Position numbers and translations under genes: made by a program. The notes beneath the pieces are model-generated. The model worked only from the letters and a program-made list of their open reading frames with translations. It was not told the origin of the DNA and did not search any database. DNA of 64,000 nt from Octopus vulgaris. Taxonomy: Eukaryota. Numbering within the stretch: the first letter of the stretch is position 1; each line of letters starts with the position of its first letter. Shown here piece by piece: positions 1 to 14,743 of this stretch. The stretch lies in contig OX597823.1 of assembly GCA_951406725.2 (NCBI GenBank), forward strand, positions 89,342,001 to 89,406,000. Direction: 5' to 3'.

Positions 1-86
1 TATATATTATACAAATGTGTTTATACACATGCAGTCAGGTGGTGAGGCAGGCAAGCAGATACAAGACAGGCAGGCAGGTAGACAGT

Positions 87-106
87 TAGATAGATAGATA
101 GCTAGC

Positions 107-188
<82 letters not shown>
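87..188. repeat. (GATA)n microsatellite
   Basis: Direct tetranucleotide run. Confidence 0.95.
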
Positions 189-189
<1 letters not shown>

Positions 190-1849
190 ACAAACAGACT
201 TGGTACTTGAGTGTTTTTTTTTCTTTTTGGCATTTCAAATTTATCCAAAATATTACTATGGCAGATCACATGGTGAAGTTATTTTCTGAAATGTTAAATA
301 TAGTTCATATTTCTTTATCGCATTAACTTTAGCAGCTGAAGACATATTATTGCACTTAGTAGCATTGGTGGAAAGATGTCATCCTTTCGGTATTGTTTCT
401 TAGCTGTAATGAACACTTTCACGCCTCAAAACAAAATAAAATATTTCTATTCTATCTGCATCATGGATTGCGAAAACGAACAAATATCAAAGCCATGAAT
501 GTCTTGTGAATTTAGATTTATACTACATAGTTGTTATTATTCTTATTAAATGTCATGACTTTTTCACCTATAGACCTCATAACATTGATCCTATGTTCCG
601 CCAGAACATATTTTCTGAATACTGCGTCCAATAGCATAAAGACAAAGATAAAAAGGAAATATTGTTCAGTTATTTGTGAGCTTTGCTCTACTTCTAAAGA
701 GCACTACAGGATATTTCACTGCACTTACTTCGCAAATATACAATGTGTGGGTATGATGTGCGCGTGTGTGTGTGTGTGAGAGAGAGTGTGTGTGTGTGTG
801 TGCGTGTGTGTGTGTTTATTTTGGTGTTTGGATGTATACAGGAGTGGCAGTTTTTAATTATCCGTAATGCACTTAGGAAAATCAGTTGCACGTGAATCTC
901 CTGATATGGTCTCCCTCTAAGTATTACCCAGATACTTTTGACCTTGAATCATAACGTTGTTTTTATTATATTAACTCTGGTCATTCAGTTTTTTGTTTGC
1001 GGCAAAGAAGGGCAAATTTTAGTAAACTATTCTCTATTGGCTGAATATATATCAAGGATTAAAGGCATTGAAGGCTTTCAGAACAGTGTGAGAAAACTTG
1101 TCTCTACCAATTGTCTATAAATAGATTGACAGCCAGCCGTCGCCTGTGAAAGACTGTGGTTTGGTAACATCTCGTCGCTAATTCCTTTATGTGCATATAC
1201 AGTCGCGAACAGCCCTCCCGCCCTTTCACCCAGTGGTACACACAGTATATGTCATCTGGAAGGAGAGAGAGCTGCAATAGTATTCATTTTTAGCTAAGTA
1301 GAATCAAACAAGATGAAATAAAGTATCTCGATCAAGGAAACAATGCGCCGCCAGACCCAGGAATTGAATCCATGACATCATGTTCGTGTACTGTACACCC
1401 TAATTTCGTACGAATGGACTGAAAAATAGTTACATCAAGAATATGAAGCCTAACCATGTCATATGTTGATGACATTAAACGTGTCCGTGATATGAACAGA
1501 TATGGGTGACTATTGTTGCGTATTAACCATTGTTCTGCCGATAATATCATTCACAACAGGATCCCAAAACAACACAAAATCGTTTTGAAATCAGCCACGA
1601 AGTTTTGGATAGCTATAGTTACAAAGATGACACCTTGGAAAAGGCAATCTCTTGTAAGTGCAGAATCAGATACTTAATAACCTACCCCTCTGTATATCTA
1701 TACCTACGAGAGTTCTACCCGAAAGTAATGCAAAAGTGAACATAATTTTCTTAATTGACATAAGTTGTTCAAATTGGATATATTGGCAGAGTAAGTGTTC
1801 CTCTATAAAAGGTATGATTCAACATAGTCTCTGCTATAAGTGATGCATA

Positions 1850-2700
1850 CGCGCCATCGTCGAACCAACTCCTAAATCTTCTTTGAAAAATTCAGATGTG
1901 CTCTGTTGTACGCACTTCTTCACAGACACTTTCGTCTTGTCTCTGTCGTCAAATTACTGCAAAGAATTTGCTTCAGTGAATTGAAGGGCACAAGATCGGA
2001 GGGAGTTCTGACAAGTTCAGTTTTCCGATTGCCTGATTTGTTACCAAGAATGTGTGGTTAAGCATTGTCATGGTGAATGTGGATTGATTTCAGATTTTTG
2101 TTCAATCTCTTCCCCCTACTGACCTCTGTAAGCTTTTTGAGTGCCTCAATGTGTTACTCACTGTTCACAAATACAGCAACGTACCAGGAGATCAAGGAGA
2201 ATGACATCTTCGACATCTCCCAAACCGTCACCATGATTTCTGCGCAAATCACTGACTGTTGACCTTCTTAAGCCTTGGTCGGGGAAAAGGTGTGAACTGA
2301 GATTTTGCTTCCAGATCAAGAAGAAATGGTCATGTCTCATCTCCTGTCACCAGATCAAAACATATGTATCCATTAGCTTCAAATGCTTCCAGCATATCGG
2401 AACTGACTTTCATCCTTCTTCAAATCTAGTGTCAATTGCCGAGGTACTCTCTTTGCACAACTTTCTTACACCCAGAGTCTTCCACCATCTTCTATAATAC
2501 AATGTGACCAGTGTCCAGTGGGGCAACAAACTCACAGTTTGTGACTCATCTGTCCACGCTAATCAATTCAGCCACTCGCTGGTGATTCGTATCTGTAGGC
2601 GCAGCTGATGGTCTCCAACTGCATGTTTTGTCTTCAATGAATGTGTCATCTTCTTTAAACTTCTTGATCTATCTGTGCACATTGTTCTTGTCGGTCGTAT
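1850..2700 (-). pseudogene. Decayed mariner (DD34D-type) transposase remnant
   Basis: Minus-strand fragments RKIMVTVW / GDVEDVILLDLL (cf. KVMATVFWD.EGVILIDFL), IHHDNA*PH (second catalytic D motif) and C-terminal ELVRRWRACI. Many stops and frameshifts. Confidence 0.65.
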
Positions 2701-3307
2701 CATTTTTAACATAATGAAATGCAAAGTTGACTTCGGTGTCATTTGAACTCAGAACAGAAAGAGTCGAAAGAAATGCTGCTAAACATTTTGTCCGATGCAC
2801 TAACAATTTTGCCAGCTCACCGCATTAAATACCACTAAAATAACGCGATGACCTTTGATCAACAGGATGAGGATGACATGTATATATACAACGACAACAA
2901 CAACAGCACCACCACTACCAAACCAGCAGCAGCTGAAGATTACGAATGTCGATCAGCGTGATGATACATTTAATTTGGTAATATAATGACTGAGAAATCC
3001 ACTACGCATTTCATCTTGCAGAAATAATAATTTTTTGGCAACTGACCAAGAAGATTTGGTATAGAAGAGAAAGGATTTGATTGGTACTTATTTTATATCG
3101 ACCCACGTTGAATGAAAAGCTGCAGGAATCCCGGCGAGATTTCACTTTAGAATATAGATGGGTCTAACTTAGTATATTGGTCTTTTCTTCGGATTTCTAC
3201 AGATTTCTATAATCAACATTTCACCATTCCGTTTTGAGTTGTCATCGTTGTCATAGCTAACGTTCTGATTGCTGTTGCTGATACTGCACTTGATGCTGCT
3301 GCTGATA

Positions 3308-3725
3308 GTGGTGGTGGTGGTGGTGGTGGTGGTGGTGGTGGTGGTGGTGGTGGTGGTGGTGGTGGTGGTGGTGGTGGTGGTGGTGGTGGTGGTGGTGGTG
3401 GTGGTGTTACAGTTGTCTAGTTGTTGCCGTCGACATCGTAGTTGTTATTGTTCGTGGAAGTGGTCACAGTGGTCATTCTGTTGCTGATGATGGTGATGGT
3501 TGTGATGGGAATGCTGGTGGTGAGGCTGCTGCTGCTACTGCTAGAGTGCTGGTGGTAGTGGTAATGCTAATGCCTCTACTTTTGCTGGTGCTAGTGCTGA
3601 TGGTACTTATGGTGGTGGTGGTGGTGGTGGTGGTGATGGTGGTGGTGTTGGTGGTGTTGGTGGTGGTGGTGAAGGTGGTGGTGGTGGTGGTGGGGTGGTG
3701 GCGTTGGTGAAGGTGGTGGTGGTAA
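3308..3725. repeat. (GGT)n perfect and degenerate trinucleotide tracts
   Basis: Perfect (GTG)n at 3308-3406, then degenerate GGT/GAT/GCT repeats. Confidence 0.9.
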
Positions 3726-4716
3726 CGTGGCGGTCATTGTCATCGTCAAGTGTTGTTTAGCTTCCAGATCTCTCAGAACTGACTTATGATCATCATATTT
3801 CATATACGACCATCCTATCTAATGTTTTCACAATTTACCCAAGGACAACATTATCCGCAAATCTTTCTATTATTATTAACATGTTGTTTTAGTTGTTTTG
3901 CTTTTTGTTTTCCTCTGTTTGAAAGTATGGTTGTAATTTGACTGCTATTTCTTGTAAGGGCGATGACAACGTCGAAGTAAACTTTACTTCAAGTAATAAC
4001 GATTTATATCATTTAAATAATTGGTCGCATCACAAATTTGGTGTTTGATGGCAGGAGTGGATCAATTACATTGATCCTATGATTATTAACTAAAACTTAT
4101 TTTATCGATTCCAAAGGGATCTAAAGCATAGACATAAACTCAAAATATAAAGAAGTGACGTAACTAAATACATTGTATTATTATGTCAGGCGCTCAACTG
4201 ATCTTATTAAGTACTCCTTTTCTCCTTCACCAAATGATAAGGATGCGGATTTAATGCGGGGGCTTTTATATCGTCCCATGATCCGTTATAAATAGCAACC
4301 AAATCACTCTCAAATTACCCCCTAGTCTTCTAAAAAGTAAGAACATATTGGTTTCAAATTCTGGCACAAGTAATTTCGGAACAGGGGCTAAGTGGATAAC
4401 CCCAGTGCTCAACTGGTACTTATTTTATCGATACCAAAAGGATGAAAGGCAAAGTCGACCCCGGCGGCATTTGAAAATAGTAAGGACATATTTGGTAACG
4501 TAATTTTAAATATACATAAGGTATAGAAATAGTTGGAATTGACACGGTTGGAAGCCTTTGACTCATACGTCTCCTAGACCATGGTTCGATCGGATGATTT
4601 AGGTGGGGGTGGTAAACAACAACAATAAAAATAATTTCTAAGAACTAGATCAGTTAAACCTAACCCATTATTTGATTAAACATATCCCATTATTTGATTA
4701 AATGCACTCTAGTACT

Positions 4717-5042
4717 TTCGGCGCTCTGTCGGTTACAACGATAAGGGCTGAAGTTCATCTGAGCAACAGAACATCCTGCCCATGAAATTAATGTGCTAGT
4801 GCCTGAGAAGTCCACAGACACGCGAACCCTTAACGCAGTTCTCAAGGAAATTTAGCGTGGCACATCATGTGACAAGGGGGACACTTTGAAATTTTGTTAC
4901 AACTCACTTTTACCGACTGAGTGGAATAGAACAACGTGAAATAAAGTGTCTTGCTCAAGGACACAACGCGCCGCCAGGAATCGAACTCACAACCTTACGA
5001 TTGTAAGCCAAATACCCTAACTACTAAGCCACGCGCTTTCAC
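4717..5042 (-). mobile_element. tRNA-derived SINE (family with GTGTCCTTGAGCAAGACACTT core)
   Basis: Minus strand has A-box TGGCTTAGTAG, B-box GAGTTCGATTCC and the conserved core. A homologous plus-strand copy lies at ~57870-58185. Confidence 0.8.
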
Positions 5043-6194
5043 AACGCACCACACTATTTAATTAAACATACCCTATTGTTTGTTTTACCCAACCCTAGAA
5101 TTTACTAAAGCTTACTCTAGTGCAGCAGTAAAACCTCCCATATTTTACATTGTTGCTGGTATGACACAAGTAAAGTTAGGTAGATGGTAACGGTGTCTTC
5201 ATGTAGCTAATATGCTTATTGCTTTGTTCTTAGTCACCATCATGGTTTGGAGTGGTGCCCACAGTGCGTTTTCTGTTTGAACGTTTGTCAGCCGGCAAAA
5301 CGTGGGAAGGTCTTTGTCGTACCCTATATTTGATTACGATACTCCAGTTTTTAACTGAACGTATCCCAGTATTTGATTAAACCTACAGCATTATTTTCTT
5401 AAACATAATTCAGATATCTTATTGCTTAAATTGTCCCCCTACCCAGGTATTTGTTTAAACCTTAGTGTTTTAACAAAACATACCTTAATATTTGATTAAA
5501 TTTACTCTTGTGTTTTACTAAATTTGCCCCAGTATTTCATTAAATCTACCCTATTGTTTTATTGAACATACCCAGATGTTGAGACCTACTCCAGTATGAA
5601 TTAAATCAACTTCAGTAATTGATGAAATTTACCTAAGTATTGGATTAAACCTTCATCAGCATTTGCCTAAACATATCGCATATATATTACAGCTACTCCG
5701 GTATTTGATTAGACATACATTATTTAATAAAACCTATTCTAATATTGATTCAAAGCCACTCTAATATTCATAATCATACCGTATATTTTTTTTATTAAAT
5801 TTAATTATTTAATTAAACCTACTCTAATATTTAATTCATTCTACCCTAATATTTGATTAAACCTGAAGTTTTATTTTATTAAACCTACTTTCGCATATGA
5901 TTACACTTACCCCACAATTTCATTAAACATACCCAAGTATCAAATTAAATTTACCATAGTATTTGATTAAACTTACGCCCAATGTTTAATGAAGCCCTTG
6001 TTTCCGATGAAATCATCCTTAGTATTTGATTAGATATATTGCAATATTTAACTCAAACTACCTCAATATTGACTAAATCTATCTCAGTACTTGAGTTAAC
6101 CTATCCTTATATTTGATTAACCCTACCCAAGTATTTGCTAAAATGTACCCCAGTATTTATTTGAATCAATCTCAGTATTTCATTAAACCTTAAA

Positions 6195-6502
6195 CCTGGG
6201 GGATGCACAGCAATATTTTTAAAAGAAGCATGGAAACATTTTCTTTTAGATGTATCTATTGCAAGGAACATCTAGATTCTTTCTCTAATATTTCACATAG
6301 TTTAACATGTTTCCAACCACTGAAACATGCTCTCTCACAGGGTCTGTTGCAAACCTACACAAGTGGAGGTGTGAAAAAAGGAATTGAAATCTTGAAAGAA
6401 GTATCTGTAAAACTACCATGTAAACATCGAATGGCTGTTGGAGCCACCAGAATGAAATAGGAATCAAAGAAGTCCATTTGTGAAAATAGCTGAGAACCAC
6501 TG
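6195..6502. mobile_element. hAT-like DNA transposon terminal fragment
   Basis: Non-repetitive block inside the minisatellite, ending in GAGAACCACTG (reverse complement CAGTGGTTCTC, a typical hAT terminus). Confidence 0.5.
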
Positions 6503-6943
6503 ATCTAAACCGATCTCTCTACGTCATTTAACCGAATAAACGTACGCTAGTATTTCTGTAAAACTACCCCAGATTGTATTTAAGCCCACCTCAGTATTTC
6601 ATTGAACGAACAACAATATTTGATAAAATCCTAGCCAGTATTCGTTTAATGTACCCCAGTATTTATTTAAACGTATTCTCAGTATCTCAGTATTTAATTA
6701 AACCAACAAATTAATCCTACCCCAATATTCGATTAAACCTACCCCAATATTTAATTAAATGTACCTCAGTATTTGACCGGTTATTATTATATTTTATCGA
6801 TCTCGAATGATATCAAAGATATAAAAGTTGCTCCCGGCGGGTTTTCAATTTAGCACATAAAAGAAAAATAATTAAGTACCGCTTGGCATTTTGTCCCAAC
6901 AATCTACCGACTTTTACCATACACTACCTTCGTGGCTCATCAT

Positions 6944-6946
<3 letters not shown>

Positions 6947-7024
<78 letters not shown>

Positions 7025-7050
7025 CAACAACAATAATAACAATAATAATA

Positions 7051-7126
<76 letters not shown>

Positions 7127-7140
7127 TAATAATAATAATA
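6947..7140. repeat. (AAT)n microsatellite
   Basis: Direct run with a few AAC interruptions. Confidence 0.95.
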
Positions 7141-7886
7141 GTTATCTCAATAACGATGCTGAAAGTCTGTGATTTCATTATTGGTAACAGATTAACAATG
7201 ACAGGCGTTAATGTGATTAACTCAGCTGCTAATAATGGCAATCTTTATTGGCAGCATCCATAACAGTAACGGAACCTGACGATACATTTCAACATGGTTT
7301 CCTGTTGTCCACATTATGTACAGCCATGTATCATCGTAATGTCAACATGAAAAGAACTTGTCTATCAGTAACAATAACAGTTAAGGGAAGGAGGCGACAT
7401 TTTCAGTTATTCCCAATTACACTCGATATAGTTTTATGGCTATTATTGTGCTAATAACCATAAAACCATAGAGAATGTCACCACAAATAACTGAAATATT
7501 TATTTCACCAATATTGATGTTAATATTTAATATTCATATCAAAAATAACCTCTCTTTATCTTGGGGGTTCAATCAACCAGTTCGGTCTTTATAACTATGG
7601 ACAATAAGGGAGTCGTTTAAAGTGAGGTTGGTGCGGGATTGGAGGAACACATTTAACAAGAGGAATAATACATGACGATCACTGATATTCGTAGACACGT
7701 ACAATGAACTGGTAAAAGTGCAATGTGTCTGTGTGTTTGTGTGTGTGTGTGTGGTTGTGTGTGTGTATGGTTGTGTGTGTATGTGCACGTGCGCGCATCT
7801 GTTCCACTCTATTAGTCTCAGTTTTCTCATTTCCATTTTCTGCATAACGTTTCAAGCAGATTTCTCCCACCGTTTTGAAGAGCTTT

Positions 7887-7934
<48 letters not shown>

Positions 7935-7939
<5 letters not shown>

Positions 7940-8053
7940 CGTGATCACCGTGACCGACGAGGCCATCAGATGTTGTTACACATCGCTGGTCACAATGCGC
8001 TTCGCATTGTTTTAGCCTTCAAATGACGCCACCCCGCTGGCTAAGCGAGCAGG

Positions 8054-8056
<3 letters not shown>
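7935..8056 (-). mobile_element. 3' fragment of the (TA)n-tailed SINE seen at 22838-23130
   Basis: Near-identical to 22838-22956; flanked by (TA)n on both sides. Confidence 0.8.
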
Positions 8057-8143
<87 letters not shown>

Positions 8144-8679
8144 TGCGTGTGTATGTGTATGTATGCATGTATGTAGACATGTATACACACACACACACAC
8201 GCATATCACGATATACGGATATGTTTGTTTTGTATGTCCATATGTATATATGAATGTAAGTATATGGAATATGCAATTGATTATGTTTGCATGCATATAT
8301 ATACGTAAGTTCAGTATGGTTGTGAAGTTCGCTTTGCAGCCACGAGGTCCCGAGTTAGAAACCACTCCATGATATCTGAAGCAATTGATACTTTCTATAA
8401 GATCGTATCGAGTGAAGTTGGACAGAGGTTAACTATATAGAATCCTGTCAAGTGGATTGTACACTTAAGATGTAATTCAATATTACAGCGTTGTAACACG
8501 CTGATTCTGCCAAACATTTACGTTAAGAGTGCATGTCTTTGTAGATGACTTAGGCAAATTCAACGTTAACTCAGGAGTAATTCAGCTAATTCAGTGTATT
8601 TGAGAATATACATCAGGATTCAGGATTCAGTTGTTTTGCATACACACACACACACATATGTATGTATATCCTTTACCTC

Positions 8680-9040
8680 TTATTTATTTCAGTCGTTAGA
8701 CTGCCGCCATTCTGGGGCACCGCGTTGAAGAATTTTAGTCAAACGAATCAACTCCAGTACTTATTTTTATCGATCTATTGTCGAACCGCTAAGTTACTTG
8801 GGCGTAAACACACTAGCATCAGTTGTTAAGCGGTGGTGGGGGACATGCTCAGACACAAAGACACACATGCACACACATAGATATAGACATGTTTCTTTCA
8901 GTTTCCATCTAACAAATCCACTCACAAGGCCTTGGTCAGCCCGAGGATATAGTAGAAAATACGTGCCCAAGGTGCGACACAATGACACTGAACCCGGAGC
9001 CATATAGTTGGGAAGCAAAAATCTTACCTCAGAGCCTGGC
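8680..9040 (-). mobile_element. tRNA-derived SINE (family of 20750-20908) with downstream tail module
   Basis: Reverse complement matches GACCAAGGCCTTGTGAGTGGATTTG..AGA.GGAAACTGAAAGAA of the 20750 copy; B-box-like CCGGGTTCAGTG. Confidence 0.75.
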
Positions 9041-9053
9041 CCGCACTTATATA

Positions 9054-9104
<51 letters not shown>

Positions 9105-9111
<7 letters not shown>

Positions 9112-9860
9112 GGTCCCGGGTTGATTCGGGGTTAACCACAGTAAATAAGGTACTCAATACATAGCAGAGTAAAATTAATTTATTATATAGAAGGAGCTTC
9201 TACAGGACTAGAACTGTTTCATTCAAGAGAAATCTTCAGGAAGCTAGTTAACAAGAATTGTATTGGCATTTATACATTTAGGCAGGTTTAAAGGGGTGTT
9301 GGTGGGGGACTTTTGGGGGTAGGCATAGCGCAAAGTATCATACTTGGGGGAGTGGTCAAGGAGTCAGTGTTAAATTAGATAGAAGAATAAATAAAAAATA
9401 AAAAATAAAAAATAAAAAAATAAAAATATATATATATATATATATAAAAAGGGGGATAGAGTTTTAGGTAAATAAGGAGATTCTCACTTATACCTATGCA
9501 CATATGTATACATATATACACACGCATACAAACATATATACATATACATACACACATACATACACACACATATATATATACATATATATACACTTACACA
9601 TACATATACATATCTACACATACACATATATGTATACATACACACACTCACATGCATACACGTATACACACATGTATATATACACACACACGACCACACA
9701 TACATATACACACAGAAAAATATATATACACATACACACACATACTCACATACACGCATACACACACAAATCCACACACACACATGCACACCCAGCACAC
9801 TAGTCCCTATATACACATATATACACATACACACATATATATATATACACACACATACAT

Positions 9861-9928
<68 letters not shown>

Positions 9929-10088
9929 GTGTACCTATGCATACCTACACATACACACATATATATATACACATACGTACGCGTACCTACAGATTCATGT
10001 CTACACTCTTAGAAGGCTAGTCTATACATATACACCAATAAATATAAATACACACACATACACGTACACCTACATACAAATACATACA

Positions 10089-10140
<52 letters not shown>

Positions 10141-10360
10141 TCACATATATATACACATATATACATACACATACATACATACACATATATACACATATAC
10201 ACACATATACACATATATACACACATACACATACATACATATACACACATACACATACATACGTATACATACATACATACATCCATACATCCATACATAC
10301 ATACATTTATACACATACACACACCCACATACATACATATATATACGCGCATATATATAT

Positions 10361-10405
<45 letters not shown>

Positions 10406-10810
10406 CATATATACATATATATTCATACACACACATACACATACATACATACATATACAAATATACGCACACACATACATACATACTCATATACTCATAC
10501 ACACACATACACATGTACATGCGTACCCATACACGCACACACACACGCGCGCGTCCATATATACACATAAGTACACCCGTGCGTAAGAGTATACATATAT
10601 CTATGCTTACACATACACACACACACACGCGCCTCCTTATATTCATACTTACATGCATACTCAAAAAATAAGTAAATAGTAAAATATATATACGCGCAGT
10701 TATTCATACATGCATACTCAAAAAATAAATAATAAATAATAAATATTAAGTATATGTACGTGCAGTTACCTATTATATAGACGGATACATACATATAAAC
10801 TTACACACAT

Positions 10811-10849
<39 letters not shown>

Positions 10850-10916
10850 CATATATACACATATATATACACATACACACATACATACATATATATATAC
10901 ACACACACACACACAT

Positions 10917-10961
<45 letters not shown>

Positions 10962-11379
10962 CTTACACATGTACATATAAATACACACATAGATAACTCT
11001 ACGTACCTACATATACATAAACACACGAGCGTACGCGTATATGTACATATACACATACACATACACACGCATATATATACATACATACACATACACACAT
11101 GTGTATACACATACACACACATACACATATATATACATACACATATATATACACACATATATATATATATATATATATACATATATATATACATACATAT
11201 ATATATATACACATACACATACACACACATATATACATGTGTGCAAACATACATACATTCTCATACAAGCACACACACTTACATTTACATATATACACAC
11301 ACTTACACACATATATACATACACATGTACATACATACATACATACGTATATGCATACATCACACACACACACACACAC

Positions 11380-11420
<41 letters not shown>

Positions 11421-11505
11421 CATACATACACAAACACATACCCATACATATATATACACACACATATATATACACATGCACATACTTATATCTCTACATA
11501 CTCGC

Positions 11506-11544
<39 letters not shown>

Positions 11545-11831
11545 CACACACATATACATATACCTATATACATGCATATATACACATACATATATATACA
11601 CATCTACAATTTGTATCTACACTCACATACCTGCACATACACATAACTCTACATACCTACATATACATCGACATACTCGCGTACACTCATATATATACAC
11701 ATATATACATATACACACACACATACATATACATATACATATACATATATATAAACATATACACACATAATACACATATACACACACACATACATATATG
11801 TATATATATATATATATATACATATATACAG

Positions 11832-11924
<93 letters not shown>

Positions 11925-12298
11925 CATACATACATACACATATACATACATGTACATATACACATACACACACATATATATATACACACACATACATATA
12001 TCAACAATTGAGGGTAAGGTTAATTAGTTATTAATCAATTTCACCAAGTATTCAGTTGTAAAAGGACCATTATTTTTATGAGTAAACAATGTCTGAGGGA
12101 AAATATTCTCTAAGTAGTGGAAGAGGCTAAAAAGTTTATTGGCTGCTATTTCTAGAAAGTTCAGTATGTGGCAAAGTAATTTATTTTACTAAGCCCTAAT
12201 TATATAATATTTTATACATACATACACATACATACACACATACATATACACATACATATGCATACACACATATATACATATATACATACATACATCTA

Positions 12299-12329
<31 letters not shown>

Positions 12330-12587
12330 GCACATACATATATATATATACACATATATATAATATTTTTTTACATACATACACGCACACACACACATAA
12401 TACATGCGTATAATCCTACTATACCCATACATTTCTATACATATATACGATACACATATACAAGCGTGCACATACAATATGTGAAAGGTCTTAGGAGAAA
12501 AGGTAATCGGGGGTGCTAGGGGAACGGTGGGATTGGGGAGGTTTTGTGGGTGGGGTGTCATCAATCTGGTTGCCGGGTAGGTCTATA
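9105..12587 (-). repeat. 3' pseudo-LTR of PLE (~3.48 kb, mostly degenerate CA/TA microsatellite)
   Basis: Colinear and near-identical to 14744-18481, including unique islands (9109-9390, 12001-12200, 12480-12587). Confidence 0.92.
9195..9245 (-). ncRNA. Type I minimal hammerhead ribozyme motif (PLE pLTR)
   Basis: Minus strand: AGCUUC-CUGAAGA-UUUCUCUUGAAU-GAAA-CAGUUCUAGUCCUG-UA-GAAGCU. 6-bp stem I, GUA cleavage triplet. Confidence 0.8.
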
Positions 12588-14701
12588 GTTCTTGTAGTTC
12601 GCATACTTCTTATGCATACAATTTGGGGAGTGTTCTGAGATTTTGTTAAGGAGAGGGCCTTTGGCGAACAAGATCTCTAGGCTCTCCGATATGCAGAGGT
12701 CACAGCAGGTATGGCCTCCTGTGTACGAGCGCGCCTTCTGTAGTAGTTTCCACTTGGTCTTGAAGGGGATGGAGTTCCTTTTAAGGTACCAGATGTGGGC
12801 GGCGAGGGTAGTTTGGTTGGATTTATCTTGTCGCCGGAACGAGTGTGTGTGTGCGTACCAACGGGTCTTAAAGCTGTTTGACGTCATTCCTATGTAGGAT
12901 TTTCTTTTATCGTCAGGGCCTGATCTTACCTCGCATGTATATACTAGGTCCCTCTGTAGGCAGTTGTTGTTGAGGGGGCAGGTGGTTTTATCAGGGCAGT
13001 TGCAATTGCTATCGGACGTTGGATGGGCCTCGGAAAAAGTAGATATGTTAAGTTTTTTCACATTGTTGTTGGCTAGGTTCCTGGCTAGATTGGGCGTGGT
13101 AGAGTAGGAGAGTCTAATAGTGTTCTTATTTAGGATAGTGTAGTACTTATGTTGGGTGGGGAAGTGTTTCTGTAGGAGAGTGAAGAAGATTTTAGCTACA
13201 GGTGTAGCGACCTCACGGTTGAAGGGGGGTTGTACCAGCTAATGTGTCTTCGTCTATTTTTCCTGGGTTGGCGTGGGGCTATACTAGTATAGGTAATCTT
13301 ATCTTTGAAGCCACTGCGGGCCAGGGCCTCGTTGTAATAGGGGGCTGCGGCCTTAAAGATATCTTCCGTGGCGGACAGGCTAGAAATTCTAATTGAGACA
13401 CTTTTTACTAGGTTATCTAATATATTTTTGGGGTGGTTGGAATTAATATCTATATATTTAAGGGATTCATTCGGTTTGTGGTACGGGTAATAAAGTGAGG
13501 TTTTTAAGTCGAGGGTGACATCAAGGAAGTTAGCTTTAGTTAAGTTGGATTCTAAGGTAATCCTAAGGCCTAAGTTTTTAAAGAAGGTGTAAAGATTTTT
13601 CCGGAACCCATCCGTGGTCCTGGGGTTTATTTTGTGGAGGGCGAAAAGGCCGTCATCGCGGTAAAGACCACCGGAGAGGCCTGTGAATAGGGTTTTCAGC
13701 CTATGGAGGATGAAAAGGCCCACTAGGTCACTTATTTCAGCAGAGTCGTTAGCACCCATGCTGACGTCGAAGGGGGTCACAGATTTTTTGTTGATCCAGT
13801 GGGATCCGTCATAGAAAAGAAAAGTCTTACGTGCGTGGAGTATCACATCTTGCTCGACCTCGGTGATGGTGGAAGACCTCCTGGCGAAGTTAATCGCGTC
13901 GATCAGCAAGCTCTCCGATATGGAGGCGTAGTAATCCTCGATATCCAGTTGTAGGAATCGGGTGTTGCTTTTATCAGGTAAATCCTGTAACCAGGTTATT
14001 GCCTCGGAGGTCCTATTCCAGAGTGGAAGGGGTGAAGCTTCACGCATTTTTGGTAAAATCCTGTCCAGGATCTTCTTGCTGACGGATCCGATGTCAGACT
14101 TGGTTGGGTTAATCAAACGGACCGACGGTTTATTTTCGAAATGGTCTTTGTGGTCTTTCAGGGTGAAGTGTGGGGACTTCACCCTCAGGGGTTCGGTTCG
14201 GTCATCGATTTTAAGGGAGGTGGCAATCTCTTTCCCGGCTAAATTGGTTTCAATTAGCGCTGCGTCGTTTACTTTCTTGTACTTAGCTGTGATGGCGTTA
14301 TCGGCTAGTCTGTTGTAGGTATCCGGAGTCACCGCGTAAATATTTTTTGTCTTGTCCGAAGGGACATGGAGGTTCTGGGAGCTTTTCATTTTCGAAAGCT
14401 TCTCATTCAGTTCCGTTTGGAAAGGTAGGTTGACTCTCCTGAATTTGATGTTTTTTATCATGAGGAAGAGGTCTTCTTCAAACGGTTCAAGTAGGCTGTT
14501 GGTAGGAGGGGCCTTATTTGATTTGAAGCCGTACTTATCATTACTGGTAGATGCTACATCAGGATGGTCGAAGAAGAACGATCTCCATCGGATTCTTTTG
14601 ATGAACTCATCAGTCCGTCTAATGAGGGCTTTTTGGTACTGTTTCCTTGGTGGGATAGTAATGTTCTTCAGGGAAGTGTCGAGGTCAATTCTTGTCAGCA
14701 T
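12561..14701 (-). CDS. PLE polyprotein: reverse transcriptase + GIY-YIG endonuclease (~713 aa after correcting one frameshift at G-run 13224-13229)
   Basis: RT motifs FLQLDIEDYYASI, FDVSMGANDSAEISDLVG, GLYRDDGL, NFLDVTLDL and thumb. One extra C joins WYNPP to FNREVATPVAKIFFTLLQKHFP, which runs without a stop into CNCPDKTTCPLNNNC, LVY...SYIG, FKTRWYAH and CDLCISE. Confidence 0.9.
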
Positions 14702-14743
14702 TTTTTCTTGGTGATGGTTATAAGGGCACTAGGGTGTGCTAGG

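Larger units (their letters stand above)
4650..6778. repeat. Degenerate ~22-bp minisatellite, consensus approx. ATTTGATTAAACCTACCCCAGT, interrupted by a SINE and a hAT-like fragment
   Basis: Dozens of diverged units, e.g. 6721-6777 cccaatattcgattaaacctaccccaatatttaattaaatgtacctcagtatttga. Confidence 0.8.

Noticed and set aside
4650-6778. 22-bp repeats as a CRISPR array or telomeric repeat
   Set aside because: Units are adjacent and degenerate with no unique spacers; eukaryotic context; no TTAGGG arrays.
9484-12428. Long Y/I/H/T/C/V/M-rich ORFs (also 15126-18458, 42499-42866, 58897-59207, 61662-62137)
   Set aside because: Translations of alternating purine-pyrimidine microsatellite, which lacks stop codons in all frames; no domain signal.
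12558-12563. Tandem TGA codons at the end of the PLE ORF as possible selenocysteine (as in some Naiad PLEs)
   Set aside because: They follow the complete endonuclease, are not at conserved Cys positions and lead into microsatellite. The domain order is RT-EN, not the N-terminal EN of Naiads.
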